Source: an uncultured Candidatus Rokubacteria bacterium | Lineage (GTDB): Bacteria > Methylomirabilota > Methylomirabilia > Rokubacteriales > CSP1-6 | Length of the DNA stretch: 64,000 bases | NCBI GenBank assembly: GCA_963754315.1 | Contig: CAVWFS010000005.1 | Coordinates: forward strand, 160,001 to 224,000 | Direction: 5' to 3' | Part shown: positions 40,540-50,154 of the stretch, one piece after another | Position numbering within the stretch: position 1 is the first letter of the stretch | Layout of the letters: each line of letters opens with the position of its first letter | Notes under the pieces: model-generated | Databases searched by the model: none | What the model saw: the letters and a program-made list of their open reading frames with translations, nothing else | Told to the model about the DNA's origin: nothing | Made by a program: the position numbers and the translations under genes

Positions 40540-41535
40540 TTAGAACGTGACTTGCTTGCCCACCGCTGCGGGCACGACGGTGGCCTCGCCGAAGGCCGCA
40601 ATGAGCGCGATGACGGCGCGCCAGCCCGTACAGTGCGCGGGCACGATGCGCCGCAGTCCGAAGTCTGCCAGATCCCGTACGGTCTCGCCGATGATCCTCT
40701 CGGGCCCCGCGCCCGAGAGGTGTAGCCCTCCCATGACGGCGTACAGGGGAACGCCGGGCACCTGCGACCGCGCATGGGTCAAGACGTTGATGACGCCGGC
40801 GTGGGAGCAGCCCGTGAACACCACCAGGCCTTTGCCGCGCACGTGCGCGGCGATGAAGCGCTCGTCGATGATCAGGGGATCGGCCTCCCAGGTCGTACCG
40901 TTCTCGCCCTGACGGACGTGATCGCGCAGTCCCTGCTCGTACGCCGTCACCCGAGGAATCTCGCCGCTGAGGTAGAAGACGTCGTCCGGCAGCGTCTGCG
41001 GCGCCGTCGTGAGAACCACGCGGGCGCCCGCATCTTCCATCTCGGGCGGGGTTGGAATCGGCTTGAACGGAATAATCTCGCCGTCCGGCATGCGCCGACC
41101 GCGGGGGTGAAACATCCCCGGATGGCCGTAGACGGCGACCTCGGACCCCCTGCCCCGGCGGCCGAGCAACGCCAGGGCCATGAGGGTGCCGCCACAGTGG
41201 TCCCAGTGGCCGTGTGATAGCACGAGGCCGCCGACACCGCCGAAATCGGCGCCAAGCAGGGCGCCATTCCGCCGGATGGCGTATCCTTCCGGCCCCGTGT
41301 CGAGGAGCAGCGAGTGCCGGCGGCCGTCCCCGTGGGCGGTGATCAGTAGCGACAGCCCATGGTGGGCGCAGCAGATCGTCTCGCCGGCGATCGTCGTGAG
41401 CCCGGCGCCCCGCAGGGCTGCGAACTCCGACTGCACCCCTTCGGGGTTGGTCGAGAGTTGGTCGGTGACATTGTCCACGAGGACCAGGACGTCCACCCGA
41501 TCGACCGGCCGCAAACCCGGACGGCCGGCAGTCAT
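40540..41535 (-). CDS. MBL-fold hydrolase, COG1237-like
   Basis: LVDN, AHHGLS, LDTG, LSHGHWDH, GCSHAG, GGLHL, HCTG. Confidence 0.9.
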   Translation of the reverse strand: MTAGRPGLRPVDRVDVLVLVDNVTDQLSTNPEGVQSEFAALRGAGLTTIAGETICCAHHGLSLLITAHGDGRRHSLLLDTGPEGYAIRRNGALLGADFGGVGGLVLSHGHWDHCGGTLMALALLGRRGRGSEVAVYGHPGMFHPRGRRMPDGEIIPFKPIPTPPEMEDAGARVVLTTAPQTLPDDVFYLSGEIPRVTAYEQGLRDHVRQGENGTTWEADPLIIDERFIAAHVRGKGLVVFTGCSHAGVINVLTHARSQVPGVPLYAVMGGLHLSGAGPERIIGETVRDLADFGLRRIVPAHCTGWRAVIALIAAFGEATVVPAAVGKQVTF

Positions 41536-41741
41536 GCCGAGGACGACCTTGTCGCGCCGATGGCCACGGTTCACCTCCGGCACGACGCCCTGTCGGATCC
41601 AACACGCGGTGCCGTGCTACCATCGTACGCGTTCCCTCGACATGCTGGAAGGAGGTCACTGCTCGCCACTGGCAGGACGGTATCTGTGTGGGCGCGACCC
41701 TCGCTGCTCTCCCTGCTTCCGGCGCTTGAAGTGACCGCGGG

Positions 41742-42791
41742 ATGAAGGTCGTTCTGATCGCCCCGATGGCGGCCGAGTTCATCGCCGCGATCGCCGCCAG
41801 TGACAGGCGGCTCCAGATCGAGGACGCCTGGGAGCTATTCGGGCCGGAGCTGGTGGCCGAGTGGCCGACTCAGACCACCGAGTCGTATCTGCCGCGCCGC
41901 TTCTGGACCATGCCCGACAGCCCCACGCTGCGCCAGCGCCGAGACGCCCTGCTCTCCGAGGCCGAGGTGGTCTGCATCACCTTCCCTCCCCCGTTGCGGC
42001 TGGCCGGGCGGGCACCGCGCCTGCGCTTCGTGCATCAGTTCCCGGCGGGGGTGTCTAACCTGTCTCGAGGAGATCTCTGGAAAGGCCGCGTGCCCGTCAC
42101 CAGCGGGCGCGGGGCCGGCAACACCCTGCCCATCGCGGAGTGGGCGATCGCGGTCAGCCTGGCCCTCTGCAAGGAGCTACCGCGCGCCTTTGCCCAGCGG
42201 GCGGCCGGCACACTCGATCGTCGGGCGTTCAACGCGCGTCAGCTCGCTGGCAAGACGCTGGCCGTCGTCGGGCTGGGCGGCATCGGGCAGCAGGTCGCTC
42301 GGCTGGGCCGGGCGCTGGGGATGCGGGTCATCGGCACCCGCCGCTCTTCGGAGCCGGTCGAGCACATCGACCATCTCTACTCGCCGTCCGAGCTGAAGGC
42401 CGTCCTGGCGCAGAGCGATCTCGTGGTGGTCGCCTCACAGCTCACCGCCGAGACCCGCCACCTGTTCGACGCCGCCGCCTTCGCCGCCCTGAAGCCGGGC
42501 GCGTTCCTGGTCAACGTGGCGAGAGGCGAGCTGATTGACGAGGCGGCGTTGATCGATGCGCTACGCTCGGGTCGGGTCGGTGGGTTCGCAGCCGACGTCT
42601 ACGCGGGCGAGTTCGATCATCCGCCACCAGCGGAGCTGCTCGCCTTCGAGAACGTGATCCTGACGCCGCACACCTCGAGTCAAACCGAGCACCCGTCGAC
42701 TGGCGCGCTGGAGATCTTCCGCGAGAACCTGCGGCGCTGCCTGGATGGGGAGCCGCTCCTGAATCAGGTCGACTGGGACCGCGGCTACTAG
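41742..42791 (+). CDS. D-2-hydroxyacid dehydrogenase
   Basis: GLGGIG, NVARG, DV, TPH, NQVDWDRGY. Confidence 0.92.
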   Translation: MKVVLIAPMAAEFIAAIAASDRRLQIEDAWELFGPELVAEWPTQTTESYLPRRFWTMPDSPTLRQRRDALLSEAEVVCITFPPPLRLAGRAPRLRFVHQFPAGVSNLSRGDLWKGRVPVTSGRGAGNTLPIAEWAIAVSLALCKELPRAFAQRAAGTLDRRAFNARQLAGKTLAVVGLGGIGQQVARLGRALGMRVIGTRRSSEPVEHIDHLYSPSELKAVLAQSDLVVVASQLTAETRHLFDAAAFAALKPGAFLVNVARGELIDEAALIDALRSGRVGGFAADVYAGEFDHPPPAELLAFENVILTPHTSSQTEHPSTGALEIFRENLRRCLDGEPLLNQVDWDRGY

Positions 42792-42823
42792 GGTGCCCAA
42801 TCGGTGGCGGTGCCGAAGCTCAT

Positions 42824-42844
42824 CACCTCGCAGAGTGTGAGGTG
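42824..42844. terminator. Hairpin between convergent genes
   Basis: CACCTCGCA-GAG-TGTGAGGTG; no U-tract. Confidence 0.35.
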
Positions 42845-42861
42845 GGGCCAGCTGCAGTCCC

Positions 42862-43815
42862 TCAGGGAGAGGGCTGGTGGCTGCGCTCGGCGTGCCGAGT
42901 GACAGTCCGCGGGCTCGACCCCGCCGCCGCGAGGCGGCGCTTCGCTTCGGCGTACACCTCGGGCGGCAACGGCCCCTGCCGCAACACGTCGACGTTGTGC
43001 CGAAGGTGATCGGGGTTGATCGTCCCCACGATATTCGTGTGCAGAGCCGGATGGGTGAAGGTAAAGCGCAGGACAAATTCCATGGGCGACATCCCGGCCA
43101 GGAGGTCGCGGATGTCCGTCTGCTGCCATCGATCCCACTGCACACCCTCGTGCTTGCCCTCGGTGGGCGCGCCTTTGGCCGCGCCACCCCGGATGACGAT
43201 GCCGGCCCCGGCCTCGGCGGCGGCGGCGATGATTGCCTCGTGCTCTCGCTCTACGGCCGAGTACGGAATCTGAAAGACGTCGAACACGCCCATGGCGATG
43301 TGATCCGCGAGATGTGGCAACGTCCCCGACATGCCGACGAACCGGACCGTGCCCGCGCGCTTGAGCTCCAGGACGGTCGCGAGAGCACCGTGCTCCTCCA
43401 AGGTGTGCCGGGACGGCGAGATGTGGAACTGGAGGACGTCGAGGTAGTCGGTCCGCATGCGCGCGAGGCTCTGTTCCACCCCCGCCAGGATATTGTCGCG
43501 GGTGAAGACGTGGGGGCTCGTCTGGCCGCGCGGCGCGGGCGGGGCCCCCACCAGGCAGCCGCACTTGCTGGCGAGATAGTACTCCGAGCGACGATTCCCG
43601 ATGAAGCGCCCGATGCGTTCCTCACTCAGACCATAGTCGATCGAGGTATCGATGTAGTTGATGCCCGCGTCGAGGGCCGCATGGAGAATGGTCTCTGCCT
43701 GAGCGTCCGTGACATCACGGCCACGCGGAGCCCCTCGCAGTTCCATGGCTCCGTAGCCCAGCATCGTAACCTGCAGTCCGGTCCGTCCTAGTTGCCGCTT
43801 CGGTAGCTCACCCAT
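42862..43815 (-). CDS. Aldo/keto reductase
   Basis: LGRTGL, GINYIDTSIDYG, SEERIG, SLARMRTDYLD. Confidence 0.92.
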   Translation of the reverse strand: MGELPKRQLGRTGLQVTMLGYGAMELRGAPRGRDVTDAQAETILHAALDAGINYIDTSIDYGLSEERIGRFIGNRRSEYYLASKCGCLVGAPPAPRGQTSPHVFTRDNILAGVEQSLARMRTDYLDVLQFHISPSRHTLEEHGALATVLELKRAGTVRFVGMSGTLPHLADHIAMGVFDVFQIPYSAVEREHEAIIAAAAEAGAGIVIRGGAAKGAPTEGKHEGVQWDRWQQTDIRDLLAGMSPMEFVLRFTFTHPALHTNIVGTINPDHLRHNVDVLRQGPLPPEVYAEAKRRLAAAGSSPRTVTRHAERSHQPSP

Positions 43816-43934
43816 CTCGCTCTTCCCGCCGCCGAGGATCGGACCCTCGGCGGCCGCCACGGGGGGATCACTCCTGCCCCGACCCGTCCATCGAGGCTAG
43901 CGCATGTTCAGGGCGAGCGCGATCCGTTCTGTCG

Positions 43935-44267
43935 TCAGCCTTCTTCGGAGCCAGGAGGCGGGCTCGATCCGCTACCAGCGCCCTCCGGACCGCCCCCCCC
44001 ACCCCCACGTCCCACGGCTCCCGTGGGGTTGGCGCGCTGGACGGTGAGGATTCGACCATCCACATCCTGACCGTTGAACTTCGACATCGCGGCCTCCGCC
44101 TCGGGGGCGGTGGCCATCTCGACAAAGCCAAAGCCCCGCGAGCGTCCGGTGTCGCGGTCCATCACGACCGTGGCGGACTCGACGGTGCCCGCCTGGGTGA
44201 AAAGCTCCCGAAGACGTTCGTTCGACGTAGAAAAGGACAGACCACCGACGAAGAGCTTGTGCGCCAT
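43935..44267 (-). CDS. RRM RNA-binding protein with Gly-rich tail (tail may be frameshifted in a G8 run; alternative end GGRSGGRW* at 43972)
   Basis: RNP2 LFVGGL and RNP1 RGFGFVEM; SD GGAGG. Confidence 0.93.
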   Translation of the reverse strand: MAHKLFVGGLSFSTSNERLRELFTQAGTVESATVVMDRDTGRSRGFGFVEMATAPEAEAAMSKFNGQDVDGRILTVQRANPTGAVGRGGGGGGPEGAGSGSSPPPGSEEG

Positions 44268-44419
44268 CTCCCACCTCCACGGCAGGTCTCCCGCTGTTCG
44301 GGAACACACCCTGGAACGCGGAAGAAGGCGCCAGAGCCATGGTCTGGGGAAGGAGGAGGTCCACGATGGGCCGCGACCGGTCCCAGGCGCCGGCATCATC
44401 GCATCGGCCGGCCTGCGCG

Positions 44420-44505
44420 TCAATATTTGATAGACAATATATAAAATATAGATCCACGAGCTTCGATGGCACTTGATATATATCAAGTATTGACATATAT
44501 AAGTA
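44420..44505. promoter_or_regulatory. AT-rich divergent promoter/operator region with a perfect 18-bp palindrome
   Basis: ACTTGATATATATCAAGT at 44471-44488, adjacent TTGACA at 44490, further ATATA-rich elements. Confidence 0.7.
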
Positions 44506-44570
44506 GGACTCTTCACACGTCGGCAGGGGCGGCGCGTCCGGCCCACGGACGGTCCGAGGCGGGAGGTGCG

Positions 44571-44888
44571 ATGCTCACGAACAAGACGCGAGTGCTTCTC
44601 ATTCTTCCCCAGGACGTCCTGGATGGGGCCAGGGTCCTGGCCGGAAAGGCGACAACGACCTTCAAACTCCCCGTGAGCCTCCAGATCGTTCTGCGCGCCC
44701 TGGTCGAGGAAGGATTGCGGCGTGACAACGATCGCCGGCTTCACACCAACATCGGGGAGCAAGCGAAGGCGGTCAGACAGCTTCGCTCGGGCGGGCGCCA
44801 TGCCCGGCGAGTCGGGGAGGCCCGTGAGAATCCATCGTCGAGCAAGCGTCGAGGGAGCGGTCGTGCACGACAGAAGCGCGGGAAGTAA
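44571..44888 (+). CDS. Putative ribbon-helix-helix-like DNA-binding protein
   Basis: KTRVLLILPQDVLD (strand-helix)...SLQIVLRALVEEGL; basic tail; SD GGAGG. Confidence 0.6.
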   Translation: MLTNKTRVLLILPQDVLDGARVLAGKATTTFKLPVSLQIVLRALVEEGLRRDNDRRLHTNIGEQAKAVRQLRSGGRHARRVGEARENPSSSKRRGSGRARQKRGK

Positions 44889-44967
44889 AGGCGCGGCCGG
44901 GACTGGAACCCCACGGGAGGCCCGTGCCCCGGGCGTTCACTCGGTGCTCCACCGAGGCCCGACCGTG

Positions 44968-45243
44968 ATGAAGGATCGCAGCGACTGGAAGATGTTCGCT
45001 CCGCTGCGGCGCGGCGAACCCCTTTCTCCGCACGGCAAGGTGATGGCCGTTCTGAAGACCCACGTGGTCGGAGCCAGCGCCGCCGTGCTTGCCGACGAAT
45101 TGCTCCAGACCGGATCGGTGCTCGGCACGAAAGCGGCGGTGGCCAAGCGGGTTGGCGAGTTGCTCGTCGAGCTCGTCCAGGCCGCCCATGTCGAGCAAAT
45201 TCCCGACGGCCGGTACCGCGTGGTCAAGGGGCTGACCCGATGA
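44968..45243 (+). CDS. Small hypothetical protein, winged-helix-like
   Basis: Helical core ending LVQAAHVEQIPDGRYRV (wing-like hairpin); ATGA coupling to the next ORF. Confidence 0.55.
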   Translation: MKDRSDWKMFAPLRRGEPLSPHGKVMAVLKTHVVGASAAVLADELLQTGSVLGTKAAVAKRVGELLVELVQAAHVEQIPDGRYRVVKGLTR

Positions 45244-45497
45244 AGCTCAGCGACCGGCAGCGCGATGTGCTCTCGCGAATGGCGCAGGGGGGCGTGCTCT
45301 TCGTCAGGTTCGAATCGAGCGAGGAGGGTCCCCAACCGAAGTGCTGGATCGGCACCATGGAACTCCTCGGCATGACCGTCAACGCCCTCATTGTCGCTCG
45401 CCTCATCGAGCGGGACCGGACGTACAAAACAGGCGGGGGGCTCACGACGTCGTACGTCATGAGCTTAGCCGGGCGGGCCGCCCTGGAAGCCTCCTGA
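45240..45497 (+). CDS. Small hypothetical protein, winged-helix-like
   Basis: LSDRQRDVL...TVNALIVARLIE...YVMSLAGRAAL. Confidence 0.6.
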   Translation: MKLSDRQRDVLSRMAQGGVLFVRFESSEEGPQPKCWIGTMELLGMTVNALIVARLIERDRTYKTGGGLTTSYVMSLAGRAALEAS

Positions 45498-45541
45498 GGT
45501 CGGACTGCGCCACCGGCTTTCACCGGGTGCCGTCTGACTTG

Positions 45542-46191
45542 CTACGTGCTATCGCGCCACTCCCAACCGGCCGCCTCCAGGTCCAGCCAGGCTGCGAAGC
45601 GTCCTTGGCTGGTAACCAGCGCCGCCGGTGTACCTTCTTCCACGATGCGTCCCTTCTCGAGGACAACCACGCGATCAGCGTCGAGGGCGGTGGTCAGCCG
45701 GTGCGCTACCGTCACCACGGCGCAGCCTCGCGGGAGCACCCGGTCTCGGAGGGCCGCACGGAACGCCGCGTCGCTCGCGTTGTCGACCGCCGCGGTTGCC
45801 TCATCCAGGAGCAATACGGCGGGGCGATGCACCAGCGCGCGGGCGAGCGCCAGGAGTTGTTCCTGCCCGGCCGAGAGGCGTGCGCCCGCACCCCCTCCGC
45901 TGCCGCTGAGCATGGTCCGGTATCCGTCCGGGAGCATTCGAATGAACGCATCGGCACCCGCGATGGTGGCCGCGTCGATCACGTCGTCTTCGGCGACTGA
46001 AGGATCGCCCAGGAGAGATACTCATGGCGCCAAATGCCGGGTGCGTGCCCACGATCGATGGCCCGTCCCAGTAGAATCGCCGGCAGGACGACCGTCGTGT
46101 TCATCAGGATGCCGGCCACCGACCCGAGCGAGAGCTGGCCCGCCACCTGTCGGAAGTACGGCCGCATCTCCCAGAGGAACACCGATCTCAT
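45542..46191 (-). pseudogene. ABC exporter (TMD-NBD) with most of the middle deleted
   Basis: First TM helix (QVAGQLSLGSVAGILMNT...LLGRAID) abuts NBD C-terminus (LSAGQEQ, LLLDEAT, VAHRL). Confidence 0.75.
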
Positions 46192-46224
46192 CTCTTCCGT
46201 GTCGTCATGGGCGCCGCTTCGCGC

Positions 46225-46638
46225 CTACCTCGAGCGGCTGTTCAGGAGCACCGGGAGCCTGGCCACGATGGCGTCGCGCGCCGCACGGTAGTTCTCGCTC
46301 ACCGCCGGCACGTCGTCCCAACGCTCGATGGGGACACCCGGGGCCAGCGTGCCAAGCTCGCAGCCAAAGGAAACGACCCGCGAGGCATTCCGGATGTCGT
46401 CGCCGGTGACGCGCCGTGGACGCTGGTCCCGGACGTCAATGCCCTCGGCCTCGAGCCCGGCCACGGCTGCCGGCGTGAGGTCGGGGTCGGGTTCCGTGCC
46501 AGCGAACGTCGCCCGCACGCTCATCCCGCGTTGCTTCGCGAGGCGCTCCAGATGGCACGCCGCGATCAGGCTCTTGGCGGCGCCATGCAGACACACGAAC
46601 AGGATCGTCTGTTCACTCATCACGATCTCCATGGTCAT
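46225..46638 (-). CDS. LMW-PTP/ArsC-fold protein with variant P-loop
   Basis: ILFVCLHGAAKS (Lys where Arg is usual), AGT.P, W.D.P; last intact gene of the chr operon. Confidence 0.8.
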   Translation of the reverse strand: MTMEIVMSEQTILFVCLHGAAKSLIAACHLERLAKQRGMSVRATFAGTEPDPDLTPAAVAGLEAEGIDVRDQRPRRVTGDDIRNASRVVSFGCELGTLAPGVPIERWDDVPAVSENYRAARDAIVARLPVLLNSRSR

Positions 46639-47558
46639 GGGCGATCCTGGTAGACCGCCGCCCGATGCGTGCCGGGCAAGAAGACATAGAGCGTTTCGCT
46701 CGCAGGCGCGAACGCGGTGGTGTGGGCCCCGGGCTCGGTGGTGACCACCTGCCGCCGGCCAAGTGGTGCCGTCTCCAGCACCTCGATCACACCAGGGTCG
46801 CCGATGGCGACGTACAAGCGCTGCCGTCGGGCGTTGAAGAACACCACATCCGGTACGCCCACGATCCCGACCTCATCCATCACGACTCCCGTGCGACAGT
46901 CGACGGTGATCACGTGCTGGCCGTCGCAGGCGCAAAACAGACGACCGCCGGGCGAGTCGAGATCGAGGCCGTGGGGACCCGCCGCCGGGACCAAGATGGT
47001 CCTGGCCACCTTGACGGGCGTCTGGGCCTCGATGACGGCGATGTGGGGCGGGTCAGCGATGTTGACGTAGAACGAATCGGTCGCAGGGTCGTACATGGCC
47101 CAGCGTGTGCGGCCGGCGACGGGCACGTCGGCGACCATGGTGCGCCGCCCAACATCGACCATCGAGACGGTGAACGATCCGGCTCGCGCAGGATCGCCGA
47201 CGTTGGCCGCCAGCAGCAATCGTCGTGCAGGATCGTAGGCGAGGCCGTTTGGTCGGATCCCGACCTCGACCTTCGCAATGATCTCATCGCGGTCCGGGGA
47301 AACGATGCCGATCGCGTCCTCGCCTCGATTGGACGTGAACACCAGGTCGTGCTCTTCCGACACGAGGGCGCCGGCGATGCCCGTCAAACCCGGGATGGAG
47401 CCCAGGTACCGCTGCGTTCCACAGTCGATCACATCGAGAGTGTCGTTGGCGGTATGCGCGACATAGAGGCGCCCACGGCCGCCATGGACGGCAGCATGGT
47501 CGAAGCCGCCGGCCTTGGCATGCGCGGGGAGATCGACATAGCCGAGCAAGTCGAGCAT
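46635..47558 (-). CDS. YncE/YVTN-like beta-propeller protein
   Basis: Repeated blades (RLYVA, PNGLAYD, PHGLDLD, GAHT); GFDH start; no signal peptide. Confidence 0.8.
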   Translation of the reverse strand: MLDLLGYVDLPAHAKAGGFDHAAVHGGRGRLYVAHTANDTLDVIDCGTQRYLGSIPGLTGIAGALVSEEHDLVFTSNRGEDAIGIVSPDRDEIIAKVEVGIRPNGLAYDPARRLLLAANVGDPARAGSFTVSMVDVGRRTMVADVPVAGRTRWAMYDPATDSFYVNIADPPHIAVIEAQTPVKVARTILVPAAGPHGLDLDSPGGRLFCACDGQHVITVDCRTGVVMDEVGIVGVPDVVFFNARRQRLYVAIGDPGVIEVLETAPLGRRQVVTTEPGAHTTAFAPASETLYVFLPGTHRAAVYQDRP

Positions 47559-47576
47559 GGCGAACCGACCTCCCGT

Positions 47577-48002
47577 CTACCGCACGACCGAGCGGCAGTA
47601 GGCGTACAGCGCGTCGTACATGGGAAACTGCCGGGCCATGTTGTCGAAGTCGTCCCGGGTGATCGCCTGAAACCCTGTCGCCGCCGCGTACAGCCCGGAC
47701 GATTCCGGCGTCAACGTGCGGGCGTCGGTGTCGGCTCCTCTCACGATAGGGGCCAGGGCCTGGAGCGCCGGATCGTCCAGCTTGTATTCATCCAGGAACG
47801 CGTCGAACGAGCAGCGCTCGCCGTGATGTCCGAGCCGGACGCCAGGGACGTCATACGGGGTGGCCCCTTCCCGCTCGGCCACCGCCATCACTTGCGGAGC
47901 CGGGACGAACAGGAACGTCGGATCCGTGTCGATGAAGCGTGTGATCAGCCAGGGGCAGGCGATGCGATCGACACGGGCTCGCTCACGAGTGACCCACTTC
48001 AT
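47577..48002 (-). CDS. Stand-alone ChrB C-terminal domain protein (ChrF-like)
   Basis: MKWVTRERARVDRIACPWLI...CSFDAF...IVRGADT...YDALY. Confidence 0.9.
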   Translation of the reverse strand: MKWVTRERARVDRIACPWLITRFIDTDPTFLFVPAPQVMAVAEREGATPYDVPGVRLGHHGERCSFDAFLDEYKLDDPALQALAPIVRGADTDARTLTPESSGLYAAATGFQAITRDDFDNMARQFPMYDALYAYCRSVVR

Positions 48003-48013
48003 ACGTTTTCCTC

Positions 48014-49138
48014 CTATCCTCTGATCGAGAAGATCAACAGGCCCACGGCGGCGCCGGCGGCGATGAGCACCGGCTCCGGCACTTTGAACCGCCACACGAT
48101 CCCGAGGGCGACCACGGCGATGAGCACGGTGGGGAGGTCGGTGATCGCCCGTCGCGCCAGCACGTAGCACGCCCCCGCGATGGCTCCCGAGGCGGCGGCG
48201 GTGACGCCGCCCACGAAGGCCTTCACCTTCGGGTTCTCGCTGAATCGGTCAAACCACGGAAACGGAATCACGACAAACAGATACACGGGCAGGAACACGC
48301 CGATCGCCGCCGCCACCGCCCCCGGGAAGCTCGCCACCAGGTAGCCGACGAAGGCCACGGTGATGACAATCGGCCCCGGGGTCAGCATGGCCACCGCCAC
48401 CGCGTCCAGAAACTGCTTGTCGTTCAGCCAGCCGTACTGCTGCACCACCCCGCCGTAGAGAAAGGGCACGATGGCCAGCCCGCTCCCGAACACGAAGGCC
48501 CCCGCCTTCGTGAAAAACCACAGGATCTGGCCGAGGATCTCGGGGGTGACAACCACCGCCAGGCATGCCGCGCGGGGCCGACGCAGGAACGCCGGCGGCG
48601 CCTGCGCGACCAGGGCCACCACCCCGCACAGGATGAACAGCCAGCCGATCTCCGATTCGGTCCACGCCGTCGTCACCGCCATGACGGCGAAGATCGTCCA
48701 CTGCAGGCGGTCCTTCGCCATCGTCAGCTTGGCGAGCTTGTAGGCGGCGATGGTGATGATGCCAATGACCGTCGCCCCGACGCCGTAGAACGCCGCCTGC
48801 ATCCAGGCCAGCCCGCCGAAGCGCACGTAGAGCCAGCTGATGGCGAGGGTCATCACGAACGATGGCAAGATAAAGGCCAGCGCGACCAAGGTCGCGCCCC
48901 GCACCTTCGAGTGCACGTATCCGAGGCAGATCGCGAGCTGGGCCGCCAGCGGGCCAGGGGCGAGCTGGGACAGGGCGAGGGACTTCGTGTACTCGTCCTT
49001 GGTGAACCACCCGCGGCGCTCCACCAGATCGCGCTGCATGTAGCCCACCAGAGCGACCGGGCCGCCGAACCCAAGGCTGCCCAGGTACAGGAAATAGCGC
49101 AGCAGATCGGCGGTGCTCGGACGCCCCGGTGTCTTCAT
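48014..49138 (-). CDS. chrA: Chromate efflux transporter
   Basis: GFGGP, SQLAPGP, FGSG, TPGP; two homologous halves. Confidence 0.95.
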   Translation of the reverse strand: MKTPGRPSTADLLRYFLYLGSLGFGGPVALVGYMQRDLVERRGWFTKDEYTKSLALSQLAPGPLAAQLAICLGYVHSKVRGATLVALAFILPSFVMTLAISWLYVRFGGLAWMQAAFYGVGATVIGIITIAAYKLAKLTMAKDRLQWTIFAVMAVTTAWTESEIGWLFILCGVVALVAQAPPAFLRRPRAACLAVVVTPEILGQILWFFTKAGAFVFGSGLAIVPFLYGGVVQQYGWLNDKQFLDAVAVAMLTPGPIVITVAFVGYLVASFPGAVAAAIGVFLPVYLFVVIPFPWFDRFSENPKVKAFVGGVTAAASGAIAGACYVLARRAITDLPTVLIAVVALGIVWRFKVPEPVLIAAGAAVGLLIFSIRG

Positions 49139-49155
49139 CGATGCCTCCCGCAGCA

Positions 49156-50118
49156 TCATCGGGACTCGCCCTCGGCGTACGCCGTATAGACCAGATCGAA
49201 GAGGGTGATGGCTTGCTTGAGGAGGTGGTCGTCGTCCCGGCTCCGCTGCCGAGCGCCAGCCAGCAGCGTCCCCAGGCCCGGGGCGTCGCTCACCGGGAGT
49301 CCACCCACGTCGAGATAGTGCACCGCCTCGGCCAGTTTCAGGAGGGCCGCGTCCCCCTCCAGCCCGAAACTCCTCAGCATCACCTCGAAGGTCACGCGCG
49401 TGTCGACGTGCGTGAACGGGGCCCCGTCGAAGTCGAACCCCACTGCCCGCTTCGGCAGGTCCGCCGGCTTCTCGAGCCAGACGAACGACGCCCCAGGGTC
49501 GATGTGCCGCTTGATGAGCCAGGCGCAAGCGAGGCGGTCCACCCACGGGGCCCTGCGCGTCGCCCACACGCGGTTGCGGTACCGGGCCCGGTCCAGCCGT
49601 GGAATCGGGCCCTGCGCGGCGCGGGGCTCGCCGGGTTCCAGGATCTCCTCCGCAGCCGCCTCGGCCTCGTTGAGCGCCGATTCCACCTGAACCTTGGCTT
49701 CGCCGGGGAAAAAGTCGATGGCGGCGAGCGCCTCGAACTGTCGCCGGAGCGTCCTCATCTGCCGGCGAAGAGCGGCCGGGTCCTGCGTGGATGCAACCTT
49801 GCGGGCGTTCGCGATCTCACCGGCAAGGTCGGCGTATTCCTTGGTCCGATCGAACAAGCCGCGCAGCGCGTCTGCCTGCTCCGCGTCGCGCGCCACGATC
49901 CGGAGCACGTGGGCGCTGCCGCCGGCTGCGTCGATCTCGGCGGCCAGTCGCGCCAGAACCTCTTCCAGGTCGGGTCGGTCCGGAATCACGTAGACGCCAT
50001 CGCGGAGCACCACGGCCCCCGTCGTTTTCAGGGCCCGCCACACGCGCATCCGCTCCGTGGCGTTCTCCGTGGGAAGGCTGATGACCAGCTCCAGCCAGTT
50101 GGCGGCAGTCTCTGTCAT
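49156..50118 (-). CDS. chrB: Chromate-responsive regulator
   Basis: RMRVWRALK...LRDGVY, IDFFP, WATRRAPWVDRLACAWLI, FDFDGA. Confidence 0.93.
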   Translation of the reverse strand: MTETAANWLELVISLPTENATERMRVWRALKTTGAVVLRDGVYVIPDRPDLEEVLARLAAEIDAAGGSAHVLRIVARDAEQADALRGLFDRTKEYADLAGEIANARKVASTQDPAALRRQMRTLRRQFEALAAIDFFPGEAKVQVESALNEAEAAAEEILEPGEPRAAQGPIPRLDRARYRNRVWATRRAPWVDRLACAWLIKRHIDPGASFVWLEKPADLPKRAVGFDFDGAPFTHVDTRVTFEVMLRSFGLEGDAALLKLAEAVHYLDVGGLPVSDAPGLGTLLAGARQRSRDDDHLLKQAITLFDLVYTAYAEGESR

Positions 50119-50154
50119 GTAGTGATTTCTACACTAGTGTAGTGATCATGTCAA
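50118..50154 (-). promoter_or_regulatory. chr promoter with overlapping putative ChrB operator; probably leaderless
   Basis: TTGACA-17-TAGAAA-7-ATG; ATCACTACA twice; palindrome CTACACTAGTGTAG. Confidence 0.7.

Noticed and set aside
44471..44488. Palindrome as a third ArsR site (shares the ATCAAG half-site)
   Set aside because: Half-sites are in the opposite orientation and far from ars genes; likely coincidence.
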